A stretch of DNA of 64,000 nt, from the NCBI RefSeq assembly GCF_006345805.1, contig NC_043011.1, positions 27,850,464 to 27,914,463 on the forward strand, read 5' to 3'. The position numbers and the translations under genes are program-made. Below the pieces are notes generated by a model, which was given only the letters and a program-made list of their open reading frames with translations, was not told the origin of the DNA and ran no database searches. The DNA is from Octopus sinensis. Its lineage: Eukaryota. Below are positions 39,150 to 52,411 of this stretch, piece after piece. Positions within the stretch are counted from its first letter, which is position 1. Each line of letters opens with the position of its first letter.

Positions 39150-40410
39150 TATCTCTAAGACTTCCACCATAAACTGTCCTTAACTATTGACAATGCAAGC
39201 CTATTTATGAGTGAACGATAATTCAATATGGTCTCTGAAATAATTAACAAGTTTGCAGCACCTCAGATTTATGGTGAGAAACTTGTCAAGCCTGCTATGA
39301 TAGCTTGTGTAAATGAGGTTCTGGGAAAAGATGCTGCATTTACTCTCAGTACAATTCCACTTTCAAATAACACAATTACAAGAAGACAGAATGAAATGTC
39401 TAATTTTGTTGAGAAGAAGATTGTGGAAATTCTCCAAAAGACAAAACTTTCTATCCAGGTTGATGATAGCACAATTCATAACTAAGCTATCCTTCTGGTC
39501 TAAGTCAGATTCATCCATGGAGGTGATATAAGGGAAGAAATGTTATTCTTTAAAAGATTGTCTGAAACTAATGGAGAAGATATATTTAATGAAGTAATGC
39601 AGTATTTTAATGATAAAAGGGTATATGGGGAAATAAAAATTTTAGAGAAAACAGTTTGAAAAAAAATTGGCATCATTTCAAAATTTTAACACCAATGTTC
39701 CTACATCAGAAAGCATTTCTGCATGCATTACCCATCTTGAAGATTTTCACGTAGACTTTGAGAGAAGATACGATGATTTATTAAAGATGGATTATCCATT
39801 CTGGGTTGTAGACCAAGACAATTATGAACCAGGAGATGAAAATATTGAGTTGGCTGAAATATTGCTGGATTTGAAAGAGAATATGAAAGTGAGAAGAAGA
39901 GTTGAAAAAGAAGGTGTCTTTGCCTACATATCGATAAAATAATCACACCAAATATGTTTAGACATGTAAAAGCAAGCATCATGTCTTTCCCTACCACATG
40001 GATGGTGGAATCTGCATTTTCAGTTGTTGTAGATATTTTAAGTAGAAAAAGAAATAAATTAGATGTCAACAGCAGAGGAACTATCAGACTAAGACTAAAT
40101 GAGTTCATTAAAATTGATTATGATATCTTGTGTTAGAAACACCAATATCAAGCTATTCAGTAGCTGAATGGACTAAAAATGAACGACTTTATAAAAATTG
40201 ATTTTGATGTGTTTATCTTTGTTTACTAAAATAAATTTTAAATTTTATCCTTGGTTTGCTAAAATCAATTTTAAAGTGTAGATTATTTTACCTTTTCATT
40301 AAATATCTTAGTGTGAAAATAGAACAGCATAAAATAAAAGTAGAAGTGGTCCCTAGAAATGCATTCAAGTAAAAGATGGTCCCTGGGCTGAAAAAGGTTG
40401 GGAACCACTG
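39150..40410 (+). mobile_element. hAT (Buster/Charlie-type) transposon remnant with right terminus
   Basis: GEKLVKPAM...IPLSNNTITRR...SIQVDDST and FPTTWMVESAFS...KRNKL. The end aggttgggaaccactg is the reverse complement of a CAGTGGTTCCCAAC TIR. Internally deleted. Confidence 0.88.
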
Positions 40411-41087
40411 ATTTAGATTATGGACCAGATTTCAAAATCAAATGTTATCGATTTGATTCACTAAACGTTTTAATGCAGTGCACCAGCATAGCTACAGTCT
40501 AACGACTGAAACCAGTATACGAGATGCTTTTAGATTCGTATAATGATGGGTATTAGCTTTCGATAATGATTTGCATTGCCACTTGAATAAATAAATTACA
40601 AAAATTGGTAGATTCAAAACGTTGCTCAAATTAGAATACTTTGTGTTATTATGTTTGTGTGTATCTATTTCCAGCCAAGAAAACTGAAGCAGCGTCTTAC
40701 CAATGTAATTTGACCTTAGTTAGAGTTGAATGACACAACGCAATTTGACATTTAAAAGCAATACTTATAATGATTTCTAACAAATACAAAACAGATCCAA
40801 CGCAGCAGCATGGAAAGTTTCCCTTAATCGCACTTGTTATTTGATGATAGTTATTTTATCAAACAAATGGATGCAAAACAAAGTTGTTGATGTTTCATTG
40901 TTTGAATCCAAGGCATAAACGGACGGAATTAAATATTCGAGGACTAGTAAAAATGCTATACATCACCTCTCTAAGTGATCGCTAGGCCTGCTAAAAGTAA
41001 CATTGAACATTTGTTCGAGTTGGCCTTTTCTTTATTAATTAAGGAACGAAAATGAAGTCCTACGTATATTTAGGCTCATACATGGCT

Positions 41088-41372
41088 CATGTGTGGCTGG
41101 ATGGTTTAGAATCTCCGTTTGTAACCAAGTGCTTTAATGTTCAGACATACTGCGTGGCACCCTGGGTGGGCGTTTTCTACAATACCATTGAGCCGGCCGA
41201 TGATTTATGAGTGAATTTGGCAGAAGGAAACATTGTGTGTGTATGCGCGCATTCGAAAGTATGTGTGTATCTGCTTTTTGATACATTTCTGTCCTCGCCA
41301 CTACTCGAGAACTACTGTTGGTTTATTTACGTCCCTGTAACTAAGCGGTTCGGTATAAAAGACAAACAGAAC
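41088..41372 (+). mobile_element. Degenerate SINE (7537 family)
   Basis: ctgcgtggcaccctggg...tttacgtccctgtaactaagcggttcggt. Confidence 0.65.
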
Positions 41373-41649
41373 AAACAAACAGAACCAGGAGATGATCAAA
41401 AGACAAACGCCAACAGCCCTAAATGAAATTCATGCAGTTTCTGAACTGTAATACCTCTAGGTTAAGTGTGCCCTGAGGATGTTTGAGATTGACACAGACA
41501 TGTGTTTTAGAGGTAGAATTTGAACATTCATGAAGTCAGTTTTCAAGTCAAATTACTAACAAGAAACGATTGAATGGACTCATTCAAAAGTATATGGTTG
41601 ATGAAACCCTTTCCATGAATTAACTACAGACGTTTGCTCATGTTACCTT

Positions 41650-41880
41650 CTCTAGTCATGCTGACTCATAAAGACCGGTTTCATGGCGTACATATTCCCC
41701 ATCTGGATGGGACGTTGATCCATCGAAGGATTACTCCTTTTTTTCAGCTGAGTGGTTTGGAGCAATGTGAAACGAAGTGTTTTGCTCAAGATCACAATGC
41801 GTCGGCCAGTCCAGGAAGCAAAACCACAATCTTACGAGTATGAGTTCAACACCCTAACCACTAAGCCACACGCCTCCACA
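41650..41880 (-). mobile_element. tRNA-derived SINE
   Basis: Minus-strand head tgtggaggcgtgtggcttagtggttagggtgttg...gtggttttgcttcctggac. Confidence 0.7.
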
Positions 41881-41889
41881 ACTTAACTA

Positions 41890-42760
41890 TAAAGTCCAAT
41901 CTCATATGTCTCCGAAAGACTGCAGGGGACCTACTAGTCCTTCCTCATCGTCCACAAACCAACAGGCGCGACCGCACTCGTCACACGAAAGATACTCTTT
42001 TGTGCTTTCCGCAGGGAGACGGTTCACGTCCTTTATGTAATTTCTTGTGCGTTTTAGCTCAGTGTATGGAACCCTGATATTCCAAATTCTGCAAGATCAG
42101 ATTATTCCGGAACCCCACATCTGATGTAAGATCTTCCCCAGTGTTAGTGTAGATATTGATCTTTTTAACTGTCTATATGATTGTCTTTGAAACCTTTGCG
42201 TGGCTTGTACTGGAACATTTTCTTGGCTCCAGCTCACCTTACAACACCTGCTTTGGTATGCAGATATCCTCCAAATGGGTAAGTTGACAAGGTAATCGAA
42301 ATTGGTCATTCATAATCATGGGTTCAATACTCTTTATTTGCACCATGTGCAATATTCTCGTATCAGGCACATGAGTTTGCCATGTAATTTTCAAGATATA
42401 ACGCGAGCAATGTTGATGGAATCGCTCGAGATTTTCTGTATGGTTCGCATCATACAACAGAACAGTTAAGACACATACTTGATAGCCCTCAGCTTTCCTT
42501 GTAGCATTGATGTCTGATTGCAACCAGCCCCTCGATTCAAGCTTTCCAATCGTATTATAGGCCTTCAAATTTCTAAAACAGAGCACCCCGTTAAGTTTAT
42601 TCAATCTAGATAGTGTGCTACCAAGGTAGAGAAATGTATTTACAACTTTAATGTGGTACTGTTGAGTATATGGATAGTATGATATGTTGCATGCCTGGTG
42701 ATAGTTGTGGAATGACTTCAGTCTTCTCATGTCCAAACTTATAATACGCAGCTAAAAAAG
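41890..42760 (-). pseudogene. RTE-clade LINE ORF C-terminal fragment
   Basis: FLYLGSTLSR...VLTVLLY...LERFHQHCSRYILKITWQTHVPDTRIL...IPKQVL*GEL. Confidence 0.85.
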
Positions 42761-42808
42761 AAGTCTGGCAACATCCGTATCAGTGGCCTAAAAATGTTTC
42801 CAATATCT

Positions 42809-43009
42809 AAGTCGGCGAGCTGGCAGAGACGTTAGTTTAGCGGTATTTTGTTTGTCTTTACGTTCTGAGTTCAAATTCCGCCGAGGTCGACTTTGACTTT
42901 CATCCCTCCGGGGTCGATAAATTAAGTACCAGTTGCGTACTGGGGTCGATCTAATAGACTGGCTCCTCTCCCAAATATTTGGCCATTGTGCCTAGAGTAG
43001 AAACGAATA
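42809..43009 (+). mobile_element. SINE (16385 family)
   Basis: See 16385-16620. Confidence 0.75.
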
Positions 43010-43479
43010 TCTGCAATATCCGATGCTGAGTGTTTCAGGTATTTCAGGATTGATAAAAATGTATGCTATGATGGAGCTTGCAAAATGGAAATTGTAACAA
43101 CGGAAAAAAAATAGGCAGAAAAAATTCTACTTACAACTTTTTGTCCGTAATTAATCATTGAAGCTGAGGGTAAGGTGAGCATAAACGAGGCAAATACCAT
43201 AGTGAGAGAAATTCGCTCCTTAACCCGTCAAAAGTATAACTTTAATTGATAACTAGGAATAAGCAACCGGATGAGTTACATACATCATGCATCTTCCTAA
43301 ATAAACCATCAGAGGAAATGCTACACGCACACACATACACACAAACATATATATATATATATATATATATATACTTCCTTGGAAATGGATGCGTGGCGTT
43401 CAATCAAATAATAATATAAATAATATAGATATATATATATATGCATATATATATATATATATATATCTTTTCCCTTATT

Positions 43480-43840
43480 AAAGAAAATATTTCTCCACCG
43501 TTCGCTATTTTACCATCGTTCTGGTCTAATGACCCTCCACTTTTGTTTTCGTTCCGTTTCCTTGTATGTTTCCACTGTCCTGTTTTTGTTCCCAGCTTTG
43601 ACCCTCCATAAATCCCAAATTATATTTTGGTACTTATGAGACCAACTGTCTTCAAAGACTTATATTATCATTCAATGCTCGAAATGAGGCGTAGATAGAG
43701 AGCCGAAAACAGATGAATGGTCATTCTTTATGTTACTTATCCTGTTTTCCATTTGTTTCTCTCGTTGTTTGCATATTGAACTCATTTGTTTTCGTAGTTC
43801 GTGTTGTTTTCTGTCGGTGACGTCCTGTACCCAATAAGCA
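43480..43840 (+). repeat. Dispersed repeat, diverged inverted copy at ~49730-50130
   Basis: Shared tttgttttcgttc.gtttccttgtatgt.tccactg and gtagatagaga.ccga...atggtc.ttctttatgttactt.tcctgtttt. The remnant ggc...gcc-gaaa suggests a decayed pLTR. Confidence 0.6.
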
Positions 43841-44354
43841 TATGTATATATATAGTAACAATAAGGAATTAATTTCGATTATTCCTACGTGTTAAGTTGT
43901 AATGTAAAATATACATAAATATAAAATAAAAGAAGGAAAATGTACACACTTTACACAGTTTTAATATATTTTATTATTTTTTTCTCGAACGGTTTTGCTT
44001 TCGCAAATAATTACATTGAAATTACTGAAATTTCCTATTTTGCTAAGAAGATTATAGTCCATGTTGTGCGTAGAGAAGTTTGGGAATGAATAGAAAAACT
44101 TAAGGGAACGTAATTGATGATCGTTATTATTAGGAACAGAACAGGTAATTGATCATCTTTTGGGAAGTGGTTAAATAAATATACACAAAAACTCGAAAGC
44201 TAAAGTAGTGAGATAAAATATGTACAGTGATGGGTATTTGATCATGAATTAAAATATATACTGAGACCAAAGTTTGTTATGAGTTCATATTTAGGCGTGT
44301 TCTGTAGTTTTCCTTGCCCTTAGTTTTCCTGACTGGTTTCTTCGAACTTAGAGT

Positions 44355-44692
44355 GAGTTCAATTTGAGCCTCAGACAAAGAGACAATCCATGCCGTGGAA
44401 ACATTCCTCCTCAACTGTTCCAAAGAAGGTTTAGGATGTTTCATCTACAGAGAAAGTGGTGGCCTCGTTCTGAGGATGCAAGGGGCATTATATTTATTGA
44501 GTCTATTGAAAAGAGCCACACCATCAATGGAGTGTACTTGCCAGCTTGCTGAGGAAGTTATGGAAGGCTGTCAAGAGCAAACGCCCTGGAGAATTGACGA
44601 AAGTGGTCTTGTTTCATCAGAACAATGCTCCAGCACGCAAGTCCTTGATTTCAATGGATGCTCTCGGTGACTGAGGTTTTGAACTGATTGAT
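44355..44692 (+). pseudogene. Mariner transposase catalytic-domain fragment
   Basis: QFEPQTKRQSMPWKH...DARGIIFIE...TING.Y...KRPG.LTK.VLFHQNNAPA. Confidence 0.85.
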
Positions 44693-44789
44693 TACCGTTG
44701 CAGTTATGCAATGCAATAACTATATTTGCACTATCGTTGTGTTTCGAGATAAAGAAACATGTCAACACAAGCACTGACTGATGTGATCT

Positions 44790-45870
44790 CACTCTCCCGC
44801 GAAGATCCGGACTCCTTCCTCACTTTTGTTAAATCTTTTCATCCTGCCCACCACTTCTGCACTATTCTCGACATTTCGGTCAACATTCATCACTCCACTC
44901 TCACCACCTCCATCCACTACAAACACACAGACTCACACTCATACCTCAACTTCTCCTCCTCCCACCCTAAACACACCAAGCTCCCCATCCCCTATTCCCA
45001 ATTCCTCCATCTACGCAGGCTCTACAGTGACGACCGTGACTTTGAGACTCAGTCTCAACTCATGGATCGCCACTTCTTCCTACGTGGATATCCTCTCACT
45101 ACTATGCATACCGCCCTTGCCAGTTCACGTTCCGTGGACTGTGCATCTGCTTTCTCCACCCCGCACCCACTCCGCCGTCACCCGTCTCCCCTCATCTACC
45201 GTCCCACCACCGTACCTCTCCAACGCACCATTCTCCAAGCCTTCCGGCGACTCCAATCCGACCCCTCCATTTCACACATCTTCCCTGCCACCCTTCAAAC
45301 GATCCGACAAACGACGAGAACTCTTGGTCCACAGCTTCTTTCCTAACGCAGCTTCCCAGCCCGGCTCGTTTCCATGCTCCTGCCCACGCTCCCGAACTTG
45401 CTCTTACGTCTCTAACACCACCCTCTTCACAGGCACCCATTATGGACCCTATCATATCACTGACTCCTTCACCTGCACTTCTAGCAACGTCATCTGCTGT
45501 ATCTCCTGCCTTCTCTCTCCTTCTCTATACATCGTTCAAACGGGATGCCACTTAGCTGACCGGTTAGCGGAACACCTCTGAGACATCAGACTCGGCAATG
45601 ACCCCCGATTTCGCGCCATTTCCGCTCTACCGGTCATTCTTTACAACACTCATCTGTATTCGGATTTTCCTCGCACAGAGGCCATCCGGACACCTGTGTT
45701 CACCGTGAACAGAGACCTTTTGCGCCACATAGGCTCAACTCTCCTCCCCTATTCATCTAATCCTCCTCCTCTCTCCTCTCTACCTTTCACACCCAATTCG
45801 TCCCACTCACCTCTCCTCTCTTGCTCTGACACCTACTTCCTCTCTTCACTCCTACCCACCTTCTCTGATA
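44790..45870 (+). pseudogene. PLE pol remnant (RT thumb plus GIY-YIG)
   Basis: LDISV...YKHTDSHSYLNFSSSHPKHTKLPIPYSQFLHLRRL...LRGYP, then FTCTSSNVICCISC...LYIVQTGCHLADRLAEHL. Confidence 0.9.
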
Positions 45871-46022
45871 TATATCGATATATATATATCCACGGTCACA
45901 TGTATGCAATGAAAACGGAGAGCAAAAACATAAAATATTAAAAAGATATAAAATCTGATGTTCTCATAGATATTCACCAAGATACAGGGAGCTATTCATG
46001 ACATCATTGTTCCGTTAATATT

Positions 46023-46058
<36 letters not shown>

Positions 46059-46494
46059 CACACACACACACAACACACACACACACACACTGAGAGCATA
46101 CGTACCAAATTTTATAAATGTTAGGTGTGAAGAAAGAAGTAATGTTTGAAAAGCAAAAACATGTGAGGATTGGAGGTCATTGCTAATATCATACTTCTGT
46201 GGTGAAAGGCAATGACACAACAATTAAATCGTTATTTAATTAACTAATTACTCAACTGATAATAAAACAGATATGAACTGCAAACATTATGTTCGTTTTT
46301 GTTTATCAGATTGACCTTCCCGAACTATTAGTGCTGATAAAACAACATGGAAGCAATGATCAAATATATTTCCTAGTTTTGTTTCGTGCTAATGCTAACA
46401 TCTAATAATTGATATCTGAAACACATGTGTTGACCTCTGCTATCCTTAACAACAAACCACCTACGGATATTATATAATAATAAAAAAAAATGAG

Positions 46495-46715
46495 AAGGTG
46501 AGTGGTCTAATGAATGGTTAGGGTGCCGCATTACGATCGCAAGATCGTGTTTTGTATCGCCAGACCAGAAGAGCCTTGTGTTCTTGTGCAAAATCACTTC
46601 GTCACACGTTGCTCCATTTGCTCAGCTCTTAATAGGTGACCCTGCGATGGAACGATGTCCCATTTACGGGGATTGATTGCCTACTCATCTAGTCACCTGG
46701 GTGGAACCATGCGAA
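46495..46715 (+). mobile_element. Degenerate tRNA-derived SINE
   Basis: tggttagggtgccgcattacgatcgcaagatcgtg...gtgttcttgtgcaaaatcacttc...ccctgcgatggaacgatgtccc. Confidence 0.6.
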
Positions 46716-48094
46716 AGCTAGAACAAGGCGAGGAAGTGCACTGTGACCAGTGGTCTGCTATAACATCCAATTGTCTGGTGATTAAATAATAGGCATTATT
46801 TAATTCTTAATATATGTAAAGAAAACTGAGAGTTCTGTTATCCGTATCCTGCTATCCAGTCTACAATATTCTATCTGTGTCTAAGATCACTTAACTAGGT
46901 ACCAATGGACAGTAATATGTCCCTATAGAAAACACGAGTGATCCGTGTTCTTAATTTTGCTATTTACGTGACGGGTGTAAGGTTACGTGAGAATGACGTA
47001 CACCATATCGGAAAATATATATATATATTATTTTCATTTGACGTAACTATAAGCCACGAAACGCATTCAGAGTTTGAAAGGAGATATAACAACATATTCG
47101 TAAAAGCCCTTTTCTTTTTACCATTTTAGAAAATATCTGGTATAACAGCATTTAAATTGGACAATAGAAATGGAATCTATTTGGTGTTCAGTCATCTGAA
47201 ATTCCCTGGAAAATTGTATATTCCGGCAAGAATTCCATGTTAGAAATAACTTTCCGGTTCATCCTCCTGTTAAGATTACATTTAGCACTTCATCATATCA
47301 CGTTATCTCATCTCTCTAGATATTAATTCAATAGCGGAAGCTTCTTAACTATGTTTGCGTTTGCGTGTATTACAAAGAATGTCGTGAGGTTTCAGGTGAA
47401 TAAATGTAGCATCAATGTTTATCATTTTCCCAACAAACTCACTACTATATTTAGAGTTATTCGTAGTTATATTATTTTTCTTCTGGATGCTATCCAATAC
47501 ATCTTTTGCGTTCTAGTTTTCCTCTAATCATGTAACTAAATGTCTTTGTCGATATTCCCATAGGAATCTTACCGTCATTAACCAAATCATATTCTCACAA
47601 TTTCTTCATATCAATATAGCAAGTTTTGTTTTATAATAACATATAATGTATTCTATCTTCAATCAAGCATTCGGTTTTATCGGAATAAAACTACATTTAA
47701 AAGAGAACTGTATAAATATGTGTACATATGAAATTATGGTGGTACGTTAGATTCTAGTGTTGTGACTGTTAATCGTTTTGTTTAATCTTTTATTAATAAG
47801 AGTCTGCGGCCATGCTGCAGCACCACTTCGAAGGGTTTTAGTCAAACAAATCGGTTCAACATTTCCTTTAAGACTGGTACTTAATGTACTGAACCGCCAG
47901 GTTAGCGAACGTAAACCAAAGAACATCGGTTATCAAGTGCTAGAGGTGGGGATGAAAAGCACAGACACAAAGACACACACTCACAAACACAAACAGAAGC
48001 ACAAACTCGTACACACACACACACATACACACACACAGAGAATAACATGAGAATAATATATACGTGCGTGTGTATGTGTGTGTGTGTGTGTGTA

Positions 48095-48245
48095 CACGAG
48101 TAAGCACATAAATGCAATACAAGGTGGAAACCCAGTAATCGAATATCGAAGGTAGAGTAACATGCTCTTTTTTTTATTAAAGCTGTAAAGACATCACAGA
48201 AAACTGTTACTCAGAGTTTCACGTTCCCATCCGTTGGACAGTTGT
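48095..48245 (-). mobile_element. Old copy of the 20586-family pLTR with decayed hammerhead (48204-48241)
   Basis: Minus strand GAAA-ctctgag-TA-acag and downstream ggtagagtaa.atgct..tt are shared with 20713-20850; the core is degenerate. Confidence 0.6.
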
Positions 48246-48268
48246 GATCCTATGTATGTAAATGTATG

Positions 48269-48303
<35 letters not shown>

Positions 48304-49269
48304 GTGCGCGCCACATGGTCTCACCTCTCCTTCTCTCTTCCTCTAACACCAACCTCACCTCCATTCTTCATCTGATTCCGACCTCTCACCATTCCACACA
48401 CACTAGAACTGACCACTTCTTAGCACTCACAACACACACCATCATCCACATACCCACGCACCATCATCCACACCCACACACCATCATCCACACCCACACA
48501 CCATCTTAAGTAGCGTCACGACACATACCACAATACATACCACATAACACTATGAGCAGCCACATACACTGTTTAACTCAGTACACACATAATACATAAT
48601 ACCTGAACACAGACAACATATACATACACACGCAACACGCATTAACATACACAACTTACATAGAAAAGATAAATTTCGCCCACATGCTTATACACATGCA
48701 CACTATTTAGTCACAGACATACACATGTGCACACACCATGTGATATAACACACATCAACTGCTACACACATCATACACACACACTCACACACATTACACA
48801 CGCGCATACACACACACACATATGTCCTAGTCGCTCGCACCTATTCACACATACACACACATTCACACAAACAATTCTCACATACACAAACACGCAGGAG
48901 CCTCTTCCCTTGCTGGAATCAGTAGCATTATTATCATCTCCCTTTCATTCAAACTCTCTTTTTATTATCATCTCCCTTCTTTTCAACGTCATTTTTTTTT
49001 CCAATCATATATGATAAATATGAATTTTAACTTTATAGCTATCTAACGCTTTTTAACGCATGCAACCACCTACATTATTGTTGTTGTTATTATCAATTAT
49101 TTATATTTACCACAGATAGCAATAACAATAATAATATCTATATAAATATTCGCATTAGAATATTTACTTCTTATTAATATATTTACACCAAAATGATCTG
49201 ATTTTGGTGCATTAAAATTCAGAATGCCAGCAGACTTCAACATGACGAGAAATATTTTCAATTGGTAAA

Positions 49270-49326
49270 ACTTGCTGAGGAGAGTTGATTTTTTTTTACG
49301 CCAGAACTCGAAATCATGAAACAAGT
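49270..49326 (+). ncRNA. Minimal type I hammerhead, U16.1 mutated
   Basis: acttg-CTGAGGA-gagtt...aactc-GAAA-tcatga-AA-caagt. Confidence 0.7.
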
Positions 49327-49497
49327 GTATCCAAATGCCAAAGTATATAGCATTTAGTTTGTGTTGGTATGTCTAAATTCTTTATCCGTTCACCGGACTA
49401 CTCTTGTTTTCTGTTGAACTTTTCAGTGTTATTGGTGCTTTTAACTGAGGGATTTTATTACACTTTCTAGCAGGAAGTCTCCTCATGTGCAATTATG

Positions 49498-49538
<41 letters not shown>

Positions 49539-49560
49539 GGGGCGTGTTTGTGTGTGTGCG

Positions 49561-49600
<40 letters not shown>

Positions 49601-49606
49601 ATATAT

Positions 49607-49684
<78 letters not shown>

Positions 49685-50617
49685 TATATACATATACATA
49701 TATACACACATATACACACATGCATATATGTGTAGAGGACGTCACCAAACAGTAAACAACATGAAATAAGAAAGAAATGAATTCAATACGCAAACAACGA
49801 GAGAAACAGTTGCAAAACAGGACAAGTAACATAAAGAACGACCATTAATCAGTTGTCGGTTCTCTATCTACACCTTATATGGAGCATTGAACGAGAATAT
49901 GAGCCATCGAAGACAGTTGCACCCATACGTGCCAAAATAAGATTTGGGACTTATGGAGGATCAAATTTGGGAAAAAAAGCACAGGGCAGTGGAGACATAC
50001 AAGGAAACCGAACGAAAACAAATATGGAAGGTCGTTACACCCGGAAGAGGCTAAAAATAACAAATATTTCTTGGAGAAGAGAAAAGATATAAAAGAGAGA
50101 CAGGATACGTGCTGTCCTTACGACAGTCGTGAAAGATGATCAGGTGAGAAAGAGAAAGATGGACGATGGTCATGTGCGAACAAAGAGAGATTCATCTTAC
50201 AATATATACAGAGAGAGAGAGAGAGAGAGAGAGAGTGAGGAAGTTGAAGGGGTAAAAGGGAATTAGAAAAAGGATGAGAGAGAAAACAGTATATGGTAGA
50301 GTCACATCAAAAAGATAAAGATACATTTACTTGAAAATAGATGCGTGGCGTTCAATCAAATAATAATATAAATAATACATATACATGCATATATATACAC
50401 ACATACACACATATATATATATACACACAAGAATATATGTATATGTATATATATAAGTATATATATATATACATACATATATATAGTTATATATAGTTAT
50501 ATATATATATAACTGTATATAACTCTATATATGTTTATATAAATATGCATGTATATATGTTATACATATTGTTATAACCTTCTAATATATGTATATATAT
50601 GTATTCATATATATATG

Positions 50618-50651
<34 letters not shown>

Positions 50652-50725
50652 CATACATATATATAGTTATATATATATATAATATATATAATATATGTAT
50701 GTATATATATATATTATATATTATA

Positions 50726-50763
<38 letters not shown>

Positions 50764-50824
50764 ATAAAACGGTAAGATAACAACGAAAGAGACCTCAATA
50801 TTATGTAAATAGAGGAAATTTATC

Positions 50825-51030
50825 TATACAATATGTTACATTCCTCGGTAGTCAAGATAAAACTCTGAGTTTCAGATGCCGAAGTGGAAATCCACAACAC
50901 CATCTCTTCGGTTATCTGGCTATTTGAAAACGTTTTCAAATAGCCAGATAACCGAAGAGATGGTGTTGTGGATTTCCACTTCGGCATCTGAAACTCAGAG
51001 TTTTATCTTGACTACCGAGTAATGTAACAT

Positions 51031-51038
<8 letters not shown>
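50825..51038. repeat. 214-bp near-perfect palindrome carrying two hammerhead motifs (50856-50916 -, 50947-51007 +)
   Basis: Centre gaaaac|gttttc at 50931/50932; 107-bp arms with one mismatch. Motif: gataa-CCGAAGA-gatg...catc t-GAAA-ctcagag-TT-ttatc. Confidence 0.93.
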
Positions 51039-51071
<33 letters not shown>

Positions 51072-52411
51072 TTGATATGTATATATATATGCTATATGTA
51101 TATATATATATATACGATAGGCTTACATACAATTTCCGACTACCATGCTTACCACATTTGCCTTAAAGCTATTGTAGAAGACAAAGGTGCGGGCTTAAAA
51201 ACGAGCTTCATTACGAAACAGTGTACTTGCGCCTACAATATAATATATTAAAATTCTGTATTAATTTAGCCAGACAATTTTGTCAACAATTTAGTTGAAC
51301 AATTTCGCCATAATTTAAACTCAATTTGCTAAAATTTTGCTATAATTTAATTACACAAACTTAACTATTTTAACCAAGAACCACACAGAGGGGAATTTTA
51401 CAGAATAATTATAATACTGAAGAAAATGATTTACGACAAACTGCCATTTCTTCGTTTCATACTTTCGGGGTATATAAAGGACACCAGTCCAGGGCGTTGA
51501 AATGGTGCTAGTGTTAGAAGGCGAGATGCCTTGCAGCATATGTCCAGCTTCTTGAATTCTGATAGCAACATCTGCAGTGAGAGATTCCAAGCTGTATCAG
51601 CACAGATCGGCAGCGTTTCCTTGGAGTAAAAATCGATACTGTGTTGACTTGAGTTTTGCACACATACATGGATAAATATAAGATGAATCTTTGAGTGGCG
51701 AGATACTTACACATTTACATGCGCACACATGCATTGCGGAACAGTCATTTTAATGAGCTGTATTTATTTATCACCCGACGAAATACATCTGCACCACCGG
51801 ATGCTCCTGAACTAGTTGTTGAGTGTCCCACTCCACCCATGAGGAATCGATGTGACGAAACAATTCTGGTGATTAACAATAAATTCTTGTATATTCCATC
51901 TTCCGTCTTTCATTTGCCATATATATGTATTTATATATATACATACACATACACCTGCAGCCATATATATGTATTTATATATATACATACACATACACCT
52001 GCAGCCATATATATGTATTTATATATATATACATACTTCTGCACCTGTTTCCATAACCAACTGAATCAAATTGAGAAATTAAATTAAATTTCCATGTCGA
52101 ATATTGTTGATTGGGCATTTCATCAGGGGAAGAATTTAAGAGAAAAGAGCTACATTCCGACTTGTTGTTTGATCCTTGATAGACTCAGATATATACGTTT
52201 CAGCGACTAATGTATTTTTAAAGACAGTTACTTATGTATATGTAAATGCAAAAAACTTGTTTAATGCTTTTGCGAACGTGCGTGTGTAGTCTGTTCAAAA
52301 AACGAAAACCACATATCCGTTAGTTAGCTTAAAAGATCTTTCGATATGATTACATAAAACTAGAAGCTATTTCCTATACATAATACATGTGTGTGTGTGT
52401 GTGTGTGTATA

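Noticed and set aside
51430-51900. Possible host exons on the minus strand (IVSSHRFLMGGVGHSTTSSGASGGADVFR; ETLPICADTAWNL...)
   Set aside because: Splice signals are weak or inconsistent and I recognise no protein family; RNA-seq would be needed.
51918-52035. ~44-bp tandem duplication (and a ~125-bp one at ~24008-24190)
   Set aside because: Ordinary slippage duplications in microsatellite-rich DNA.
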